A DNA stretch of 64,000 bases from a virus (taxonomy: Duplodnaviria > Caudoviricetes), in IMG/VR virus record IMGVR_UViG_3300005077_000012, positions 1-64,000 of that record, one strand, 5' to 3'. Both the position numbers and the translations under genes were made by a program. The notes under the pieces are model-generated. The model had not been told where the DNA came from and ran no database searches. It saw only the letters and a list, made by a program, of their open reading frames with translations. Positions 47,264 to 55,260 of the stretch are shown here, in pieces (within the stretch, counting starts at the first letter, position 1; each line of letters starts with the position of its first letter).

Positions 47264-47446
47264 TCACAGTCCCCGATGGAGCTTGCCGCACCGGCGGCAC
47301 TTCACCTCGATGATAGACCCTGACGACTTATAAAGAACCTTGTACAATAAGGCCCCGCAGTCGGGACAATTCACATCATCCGTATCGGGGCGTCTTACAA
47401 CTAACTTGTGCTTAATATAGCCAACTTCCCGTTGTTTGTCAACCAC
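47264..47446 (-). CDS. Com-like zinc-finger protein (start uncertain)
   Basis: VNCPDCGALLYKV....GSIIEVKCRRCGKLH matches the Mu Com pattern C..C..LL....IEIKC.RC. Confidence 0.6.
   Translation of the reverse strand: MVDKQREVGYIKHKLVVRRPDTDDVNCPDCGALLYKVLYKSSGSIIEVKCRRCGKLHRGL
47414..47442 (-). promoter_or_regulatory. Sigma70-type promoter upstream of capsid operon
   Basis: TTGACA (47437-47442), 17 bp, TATATT (47414-47419). Confidence 0.75.
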
Positions 47447-47447
47447 T

Positions 47448-47906
47448 TTATTCGACCTCGGACTGTAACGCATCCGAGACAGCGTCTGCAAAATTCCTCG
47501 AAACGCCCTCCAGCTCCTCGACCGCAGCCTCAAGATCGGCCTCGGCCTGCGCCTCGATCGGGGCCGTCAGGTGCTCGGGAATACCGAGGTCCTTCGGCTC
47601 CGTCAGGTCAGAGGTCCCCTTCAACATCCCGTCAACCTCCTCCCGGGTCTTCAGCCCGAGACGGACGGCCGCATACTTACTCCACTTCTCAGAATTCGCC
47701 GGGTCGTAGAAAACAACCGTCAGCGATCGCGACCCGTCATCGAAGTAACACTCCACGCCATTCCCGTACGAGTCAGACTTGAAATACGGACAGGCCCCGC
47801 ACTCCACGTTCAAAAACTCTTGTGTCAACTTGACGATCTTGTCGACATGGAAGCAGTACACCTGCCCCGACGCATCCGCCAGATTGATATGGTTCGTCCT
47901 TGCCAT
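47448..47906 (-). CDS. Hypothetical Cys-containing protein
   Basis: 152 aa, GGGAGG RBS, C..CP.F...G.EC.F motif, acidic tail. Confidence 0.65.
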   Translation of the reverse strand: MARTNHINLADASGQVYCFHVDKIVKLTQEFLNVECGACPYFKSDSYGNGVECYFDDGSRSLTVVFYDPANSEKWSKYAAVRLGLKTREEVDGMLKGTSDLTEPKDLGIPEHLTAPIEAQAEADLEAAVEELEGVSRNFADAVSDALQSEVE

Positions 47907-47917
47907 TGTAGTCCTCC

Positions 47918-50809
47918 CTACTTAAACGATACGTCGACCCACGCCACCGGCACGATCGCCTTCGGGTTGCGCACACACCACTCATCATGCTGCAGCGGAT
48001 TGCCGACCCCCGTATAACTCATAGACATCCCCTTCTTCCCGTATATTGTATCCCACTGAGAATCGTCCCGCTCACGGACGTGATCCCCGGGAGAGACTTT
48101 CCCCATCGACGTCCGGCACTGGAGCATAACCCCGGAACCGCTCCGGGAGAATGTCCCGGCCACGTACTGCGCGCTCTTCGAGCTCGACTTCGCGAAGTAG
48201 ATACCATCCCCGAGCAGACGCCCGTTCTTCGCCGAACCGACCCGCATCCCGCCTTTAATGATACTGGCCCCGGCCTGAAAGTCCGTTCCGTGGTACAGGT
48301 ACTGCTGATTGTCCTTTGCGTTCTCAATCGCTTTGTAGTCCCCGTAATAGTCGTGGTACATGACCTCCATGACCGCATTGACCTGCAACCGGTCTGAACT
48401 GTACCCGGACGACTGGTGACTCCAGTCCGCCTTGATCTTGTCCATCCACTCCTTCTTCCCGGAGTCGCCCTTCCCTTTCAGGACGATCGTCGGCATGGTC
48501 CGGTTCCCCTTCGTCTTCATTCCCATACTGATCGCGAGCTGTTCGGTTCTGATACCCTTGATCGCCGTGTGGTAGGCGTCTGACCCCAGCATGAGCTGAT
48601 CCTTCTTCACTGGATTGTTCGGTGCGTGCGGTTTCAGACGACCCCAGCTCCACTCCGGGATAACCCGGGACTTCTTCGCCAGAGACCGCACGTTCCAGTT
48701 TGCACCGACCGCATACATCAGACTGGCCGCAGCAACGCCCTGAACGTACTGTGCATTGTACCGGTGATACTCAGACACTGACGCAACCGTCGTGTGGAAC
48801 TTTCCCCGCAACAGGTTTTTTCTTACCGACTCATCGGTCTTCCCGAACTCTATCGCCGTACCAGACCGGTCCTTCTTCCACCCACCATACCCCTTGCTCG
48901 ACGAACGCCACCGCCGCGTCGACGGACGAACGGCAGTGCTCATCTTCTTACCCATGTAATACTTGACAAGGCCCATTGACCCCGGCATCGCGTCGCCGTA
49001 ATCCTTGAACCGGACATCAAAATTCACGACCGAGTTTGAGTACCGTCGATCGCTATCCCGCACCGCGCCGGTACATATTCGCTCCAACCCATTATCCAAA
49101 TCTACCAGAGAGTACATCTCCAGAGACATAGCATCTCGATACGGTGTAAACAAGTTCTTCACCGCCTGCATGGTAGACTTCTCGTTGATTGGATACTTCC
49201 CCAACGTCCTGCCCGCATCGATGATCGAGTCAAAATACTCCATCCCTTTCCCTACATATCCACCGGTATTCGGATAGGAGACGTTGATCCCGTTATTCCA
49301 CTTCACGGTCTTCGCGCGCATCATACTCTTCAGATCGTTCGCAATATCACGCCACGTTGCCTCAGGGTTCAGATGCACCTTTTTACTAACCCCGTTACCC
49401 CGCGCGACCGCTCCGAGCTCAACGTAGTCCCGTGACTGCAACCACGAATCTACGGAGTACGCCGAGTCCGGGACAACCACATACTTCTGCAGGAACGCAC
49501 TGATCGCCGGGTACTTCTTCCGAAGGGACTCCCCGGCAGCCTTCAGATCGTCATAACTGTACTGCTTCACCGGACCCGAATACGATGACCCAGACCATCC
49601 CGTATTCGCCACCTTCCCGTACTTCTCAAGCCACGGTTTGATAACCTTCTCACCATAGTCCGGATGCAATGCGCCCATTACAAAAGACGTGTACGTTTCA
49701 GAATCCCAATGCTGGTGTGAATTATAAACAACATCATCGATACCCAGCACCGTAAAAAACTCTTGTACCTTCGACGGCAGGTCCTTGTAAACGTCCCTCC
49801 AACGCTCGGTCACAGCAAGCAACTCCGCTCCCGGAATGATCGTGGAGACCAGTGCCCCCGGGAGCCGGTCAAGACTCTGCGTCCCCCGCAGAGAATAATC
49901 CAGCTCGCCCAGCTTCTCCAGCAGGCGCTTGTCATTTTCTTGCGCCTTCAGCAGGTTGATCCACCGCTGTGCAACCACCTGCGACTCCTCAACCTCACGA
50001 TCAACGGCCGCATCGATAGCGCCCTGATTATATCCGTACCAGTTCTTCTGGACATACTCCGTAACGCGCTTCTTGTATGCTGCGGTCTTCGCCTCCGCCA
50101 GAAACTCCTCCATCTTCGCCTGCACCTCTTCGAGAAACAGCGGGTCCTCCAGCCACTTTCCATCGGAGCCCATCGGTATATCCGGGGCGATCTTCCCGAA
50201 CTCGGTCTGCTGCTCCTTCGTCATCTTGAATATGTTGTCAAGGTTCTTCGACACATACTCCTCGGCCTCCTTGTTCAAGCAGAGCACACCCGTGATATCA
50301 CACAGGTCCCGGGCATCATCGCTGGCCTCACGCCAGTAGAGCTGGTGCTTCTTCGGTGCCTTGTCCAGCTCGGCGTCAGAGGGCCGATCGGAAGACACCG
50401 GGCTCGCCTGCCCGGACTTGCGCTTCTCTTCCTCCTCCTTCTTCTTTTTCTCCATGTTGTCTTTCATCTTGCCCAGACGTTTCTTGCGGGCCTGCTCGTC
50501 TTCGTATGCCTTGACGTCCGCAGGCGTGACCATGCCGTCGTACACCCACTTGCCGTTTGCGTCCTTCCGGACCCACTGCGCGTGCTTCGTCCCGAACCCG
50601 TGTATCTTCCGGGTCCCGATCGGGAGCGGAGCCCCTTTCCGCAGCGTTTCGAGAAAAATTACAAGGCGCGCCTTACTTATCCCGGCCATGCGCTTGTATA
50701 CTCCCATCACATAGGCGTAGTCGTCACCGCGCCCCTCCCGGGCGGCGGCCTCCTTTGCTTTCTCCCACTTCGCCTCGTCGACCGGCTTCCCGTGTATCTT
50801 CTTCGGCAT
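47918..50809 (-). CDS. Large head-associated protein with C-terminal PARP-like ADP-ribosyltransferase
   Basis: YLYHGT, GRLLGDGIYFAKSSSKSAQY, HDEW (H-Y-E triad); ATG 50809 with GGAGG RBS; N-terminal tag module. Confidence 0.85.
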   Translation of the reverse strand: MPKKIHGKPVDEAKWEKAKEAAAREGRGDDYAYVMGVYKRMAGISKARLVIFLETLRKGAPLPIGTRKIHGFGTKHAQWVRKDANGKWVYDGMVTPADVKAYEDEQARKKRLGKMKDNMEKKKKEEEEKRKSGQASPVSSDRPSDAELDKAPKKHQLYWREASDDARDLCDITGVLCLNKEAEEYVSKNLDNIFKMTKEQQTEFGKIAPDIPMGSDGKWLEDPLFLEEVQAKMEEFLAEAKTAAYKKRVTEYVQKNWYGYNQGAIDAAVDREVEESQVVAQRWINLLKAQENDKRLLEKLGELDYSLRGTQSLDRLPGALVSTIIPGAELLAVTERWRDVYKDLPSKVQEFFTVLGIDDVVYNSHQHWDSETYTSFVMGALHPDYGEKVIKPWLEKYGKVANTGWSGSSYSGPVKQYSYDDLKAAGESLRKKYPAISAFLQKYVVVPDSAYSVDSWLQSRDYVELGAVARGNGVSKKVHLNPEATWRDIANDLKSMMRAKTVKWNNGINVSYPNTGGYVGKGMEYFDSIIDAGRTLGKYPINEKSTMQAVKNLFTPYRDAMSLEMYSLVDLDNGLERICTGAVRDSDRRYSNSVVNFDVRFKDYGDAMPGSMGLVKYYMGKKMSTAVRPSTRRWRSSSKGYGGWKKDRSGTAIEFGKTDESVRKNLLRGKFHTTVASVSEYHRYNAQYVQGVAAASLMYAVGANWNVRSLAKKSRVIPEWSWGRLKPHAPNNPVKKDQLMLGSDAYHTAIKGIRTEQLAISMGMKTKGNRTMPTIVLKGKGDSGKKEWMDKIKADWSHQSSGYSSDRLQVNAVMEVMYHDYYGDYKAIENAKDNQQYLYHGTDFQAGASIIKGGMRVGSAKNGRLLGDGIYFAKSSSKSAQYVAGTFSRSGSGVMLQCRTSMGKVSPGDHVRERDDSQWDTIYGKKGMSMSYTGVGNPLQHDEWCVRNPKAIVPVAWVDVSFK

Positions 50810-50834
50810 GGCTATACCCCTCCAGTAATCTTGA

Positions 50835-51968
50835 TCATGCGCCCGCCTGCTTTGCCATCGCAGCGTCGAGCATATCATAGTATTTCTTCATACCCGGCGT
50901 ATACCGGGTCCATGTACACCTGCAGTGCGGGTGTTGCGTCCCGGCAGCAACCCACCACTCCCGGGCCTTCCGTCCAAAATTGTTCTTACCCGGCCAGATC
51001 GCGGTATACCGGGTCCCGTCAACCTCTATCGTATCATCACCACCGGACGGGGCCGCATCCAGCAGCACCACGATCCGTCCGTTGATGTGTGTGGCACAGA
51101 ACGTACAGGCCCCCGGCCCGGACACCCCACGCATGAACACGAACTCATCCGGAGACGTCACCTTCTCGGCCACCAGATACCCGTTATTAAAATTCGTCGC
51201 GGTCTCGGTCTCCGCGATCCTGCGCCAGTCCCGGTTGAGTGTTGAGAACGTATCGAACAGCTTCCGCTCGGTCTCCCGGGCCGTCAGGCGGTTCTTCTGC
51301 GCGTCCAGTATGGACGACACCACCGCCCGGCGCGCGCTGTCCGATATATCCTGTATCAACTCCCCGGTATGCACTTCGGAGAAGTCCCTAATGTTCCGGT
51401 AGACCTCGTCGGCCGTCAGCTTCTTTACCTCGGCGTCGACAGCAGGTTTCAGGTCAGTATACGTCTTGCTGATCTGGTCCTCGACCGGCATCCCCTGTAA
51501 TATCTTACCCAACGCCATCGCCCGAAGGACCAGAGACTGCTCGACCTCACCGAACAGGTACCCGAAAACACTGTCCAGATCGTGTGCAATCACCTCCCAC
51601 TCCGCCCGGGTCAGGGCCTGCCCGGTCGACGGGTTTATGTACGTCGTCCCGTTCAGGATGAACGGATCATCCCCCACGGCCTTGCGAAATTCATCGAAAT
51701 GGTCCCCCATCCCCTTCGCGACATCCAGCCTCAACCACTTCGTCGTAATCTCAGTCAGGACCCGCTGCAGCCCCGCCCGCACCTGATCCCGCAGAATATC
51801 GCTGAGCTCCTGCAGGGCCGGGTAGGGCGTCGGCTCGGTTTTCTCGGTATGGTTGTGTGCAACCTCGGCCGGGACCTTCAGGGCCTTCGACAGGGCCTCG
51901 ACGACTGCCCGGAGCTTCTGCTCCGCCTTGTCTTCCGGATTGTGTATCTCAATTATGATCTTTTCCAT
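50835..51968 (-). CDS. MuF / SPP1 gp7-like head morphogenesis protein
   Basis: RRIAETET...FNNG, C.FC, HPHCRC.W motifs. Confidence 0.85.
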   Translation of the reverse strand: MEKIIIEIHNPEDKAEQKLRAVVEALSKALKVPAEVAHNHTEKTEPTPYPALQELSDILRDQVRAGLQRVLTEITTKWLRLDVAKGMGDHFDEFRKAVGDDPFILNGTTYINPSTGQALTRAEWEVIAHDLDSVFGYLFGEVEQSLVLRAMALGKILQGMPVEDQISKTYTDLKPAVDAEVKKLTADEVYRNIRDFSEVHTGELIQDISDSARRAVVSSILDAQKNRLTARETERKLFDTFSTLNRDWRRIAETETATNFNNGYLVAEKVTSPDEFVFMRGVSGPGACTFCATHINGRIVVLLDAAPSGGDDTIEVDGTRYTAIWPGKNNFGRKAREWWVAAGTQHPHCRCTWTRYTPGMKKYYDMLDAAMAKQAGA

Positions 51969-52088
51969 AGCCCTCGTATTCGCTTCCAGAGGCCCTGTAC
52001 GGGGCCCGCGCAGGCTCCGGGTAGGTTACCCCTCCCCGGGCAGATCGGACGCTGCCCCACGCAAAATAACGGCAGTAGCGGCCGACCC

Positions 52089-54440
52089 TCAGAACAGTCT
52101 GTGCCGGAGCCCGACCACATACGCCAGACGCCGGATCGCTTTCAGCAGTTTCGGCCCGAAATGCTTTTTCAACAGGCCCTCGAACTTCCCGTCCTCAAAC
52201 ATCGCATAGGTCGGATCGACCTCCGGGAACCCCCAGCCGAACGGATTGTCCGCCGCGTCCCCCACCGCATCCATACGCTCGTCCGTCGTCGTATACTCCG
52301 GCTGCTTCGCCTTGTACCGGATAAACTGGTCAAAGGTCCGGGCGAACACCTCGTTGACGTCGCCCCAATACCGGGACCGCTTCGAGTAATAGTCGGAGTG
52401 TGTCTGCTTGCGGAATGAGTGTACGGTAACCTCGGACAGGTGCTGTGAATACATCTCGAACGCTCGGTCCACAACCTTTGCCGGTGCAAAACGTACCCGG
52501 TCAACGATCGATTTCAGATCGTCCACAGAATAGACTCCCTTCGTCTCCGATACGATCGCAGGACCATGCTTGTCCGGGTCATTCAACGCATTGCGCAGCG
52601 TCGAAAGGAACTCATCCGGCGTAACGGTTCCGTACCGATCATCCGCCTGATTAGCGTTGTGGAGCATGGCACGCAGGCTCGGCTCAACGATCTCAACGAA
52701 CTTCAGGACATCCAGACCCTTACGCCCGGCAAGGTCCGGGTGCGCCGTCAGGTACCCGCCGATTTCCGACAACGCCACGGCAGACGACTGATCGATGTAC
52801 GTCTTGAACGCCGCATGAGACGGATTGAATGTCTCCTTGATCTTCTGCTCAAGACCAGACGCCTTGACCCACTCCTTGAACTCGTCGACCAACACCTTCC
52901 CGCCCCGGTAAAAAAAGTAATGTCCCGCTTCGTGTACGATCGCCCCCGGGTACGACGGGGAGATATTCAACGAATGGTCCTTCTCGACGTAGAACCCGGC
53001 CGCCTTCTTCGACGCCTTCGCAATCCGCAGGATCATCTTCTTCCCGTCTGACGGAACGTAGTCCTTGAAATTGACCACGGACGAGATCGTCGAGAACACC
53101 TTGAACAATGCCCGCAGGCTCGGGGCCGACAGCTTCGCCTCCCTCCCGGGGATGATCGCATCGGTTGTGATCTCCAGACCGATCTCATCCCGGAACGCGG
53201 TGACGAGCTTCGCAATCTTCGGATCAGTCGCCATCAGGTGATCTTTATACCCGGCGGTCCCCTTGACGTACTTCATGATCCGCTTCTTTGAACTCTCATC
53301 CGCGAACTTGTTCAGGACCCCCTCGATCTTGTCGTACGGTATCGGAATGTACGGCAGAACGAGGATCGAACGCCGCGTCGGATTGACATCGGAGAACTGG
53401 AGTCCAACCCGGCCGTCAGTCATCACCATCGAACCGGTTATCCCCAACTTCCCGATCGGCTCACGCTGCATCGCATTGTAGGATTGCCTCAACTGCGCAG
53501 CGGCGGCAGTCGCATAACGCAGATTGGATATGGCGTTCCTCGAAGGAACATCCAGACCGGACTGCACACTCTCAAGGGCCATCAGGTCCTGATACAAGGT
53601 TCCCGCCGCGCCGATCGACTTCGAGTCCAACAGGCCGTCCTCGAAGTCCTTGAGCTGCTTCCACCCGGTATAAAAGTCTGCCGCGTCCGGCGGCTGCACT
53701 TTCTCCCGAACCGCGTCCGGGAGCGCGTCGAGTTTTTGCTGCAGGCTCTCCAGAACGGCCTTCAGCGCATACTCCATCGACGGAGCCGACTCATAATCCC
53801 ACGTTGCCGACATCGCGGCCTCGGCGTCCAGCCCGGGAACCTTCTTTTCCTCAGCCTTCTTCGGAACCACCTTCGGTTTCTCCGGCTTCGGCCGCGTCCA
53901 CATCGCCACCGACGGCCGCCCCATAATCTTCTCATCATCGTCCAACTGCACCCGGTCCCACGTCACGATCTCAGCGTTGGCGTCCTCCTTGCTCAGGCGG
54001 AAGCGTTCCTGCGCCTCCTCCAGTGTCAGGTTGTCATACTCGGTAACCGGGCTGCCGTCGACGTGCACAACGAACACACGGTGCGTGTTCGCACGCTTCG
54101 CCTTCGGAGCATCGGGCTTCTTCACCTCCGGGGCCTTCGACCCTTCCATGAGCTTGTGCTTCAGTACATATTTGACGATATCGGTGTCGCCCTTCAGGTC
54201 GTGCCCGACTTCGGCCTTCACCTTCTCGATGATCTCTTTGCGTCGGTCCGCAGTGAGCTTCGCCCACCAGTCGAGAACCTTTGCACGCTCAGGCCACGGC
54301 CGGGCACCCTCATGCACCCCATCAACGACCTCAACCCACTTCTTATCCGACGCCTTCCGATACTTCCGACCCTTCCATTCCCGGATCGTACCAACCGGGT
54401 ACGCCTTCCCTTTGATCATCAGTCTATAGATTTTTAGCAC
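52089..54440 (-). CDS. Head-associated zincin metallopeptidase / LPD1-like polyvalent-type protein
   Basis: IVHEAGH (HExxH) and downstream EVFARTFDQF; N-terminal tag module; GTG start with GGGGAG RBS. Confidence 0.7.
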   Translation of the reverse strand: MLKIYRLMIKGKAYPVGTIREWKGRKYRKASDKKWVEVVDGVHEGARPWPERAKVLDWWAKLTADRRKEIIEKVKAEVGHDLKGDTDIVKYVLKHKLMEGSKAPEVKKPDAPKAKRANTHRVFVVHVDGSPVTEYDNLTLEEAQERFRLSKEDANAEIVTWDRVQLDDDEKIMGRPSVAMWTRPKPEKPKVVPKKAEEKKVPGLDAEAAMSATWDYESAPSMEYALKAVLESLQQKLDALPDAVREKVQPPDAADFYTGWKQLKDFEDGLLDSKSIGAAGTLYQDLMALESVQSGLDVPSRNAISNLRYATAAAAQLRQSYNAMQREPIGKLGITGSMVMTDGRVGLQFSDVNPTRRSILVLPYIPIPYDKIEGVLNKFADESSKKRIMKYVKGTAGYKDHLMATDPKIAKLVTAFRDEIGLEITTDAIIPGREAKLSAPSLRALFKVFSTISSVVNFKDYVPSDGKKMILRIAKASKKAAGFYVEKDHSLNISPSYPGAIVHEAGHYFFYRGGKVLVDEFKEWVKASGLEQKIKETFNPSHAAFKTYIDQSSAVALSEIGGYLTAHPDLAGRKGLDVLKFVEIVEPSLRAMLHNANQADDRYGTVTPDEFLSTLRNALNDPDKHGPAIVSETKGVYSVDDLKSIVDRVRFAPAKVVDRAFEMYSQHLSEVTVHSFRKQTHSDYYSKRSRYWGDVNEVFARTFDQFIRYKAKQPEYTTTDERMDAVGDAADNPFGWGFPEVDPTYAMFEDGKFEGLLKKHFGPKLLKAIRRLAYVVGLRHRLF

Positions 54441-54441
54441 G

Positions 54442-55224
54442 CTACTCCCCCATCAGATCAGACATCAGCTTCTCCATCTCTCGGTCCAGCCCGCGCAGTT
54501 CCTCCGCCGTCGTCTGTGAAACCTTCCGCGCATGATACAGGATTTCCCGCAGACCCATCTGTATCTTCGTTACCTGCTCCATGTTCGCATCGAATAACTC
54601 CTCCCGGGTCACATCCGCCGCGTAGAAGTACAGATCGTTCAGGATGGAACTCGCCAGCGCAATCAACGACTCGACCTTCCCTTCACTGAAGGTCCGGAAC
54701 TCCACCTCGTCAAACTCCTCCATCGGGTGCTCCCGAAACATATTCCGAACCTCACGCAGCAACTGAGTCCGCAATTCAACCAACACCAGACGGTAGATAT
54801 TAAACGAGTCACACAGAGTCGCGTGCTGGATGGACTTCCGCTTCAACAGGTCGATGTATATCCCCTGCATCAACAGCAGCAACTGATCACCACGCTCCTC
54901 GGCATAACTCATCTGCCCGCGTAACAGCAGCACGTTCCTGATCTCCAGCTTCCGGGTCAAGAGCTTGACCGTCTGGTTCAGCATCGTCACAACATCCCGG
55001 GAATGAGGGCACATCGCGTGCGGGCTCTTGACAGGCTTCGCCTTCGCCCTTCCCGGAACCCCGTCACCACCGATGTCCAGCTCCTTACCGCCGCTCACGA
55101 TCCGCAGACCCCGACGGACGATCAGGATCGCAGAGTACCCCAGCATGAACGTCAGGCCGGACGCGAATACCATCTGAAACCACTTCGGCAAGTCATTGAG
55201 CCAGTCTATAAATGTCGTAAACAC
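54442..55224 (-). CDS. Membrane-anchored helical protein, hypothetical
   Basis: N-terminal hydrophobic helix FQMVFASGLTFMLGYSAILIV. Confidence 0.65.
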   Translation of the reverse strand: MFTTFIDWLNDLPKWFQMVFASGLTFMLGYSAILIVRRGLRIVSGGKELDIGGDGVPGRAKAKPVKSPHAMCPHSRDVVTMLNQTVKLLTRKLEIRNVLLLRGQMSYAEERGDQLLLLMQGIYIDLLKRKSIQHATLCDSFNIYRLVLVELRTQLLREVRNMFREHPMEEFDEVEFRTFSEGKVESLIALASSILNDLYFYAADVTREELFDANMEQVTKIQMGLREILYHARKVSQTTAEELRGLDREMEKLMSDLMGE

Positions 55225-55260
55225 CGAAACCCCCCGCGCACGATCCCGAACGCCGTCACG

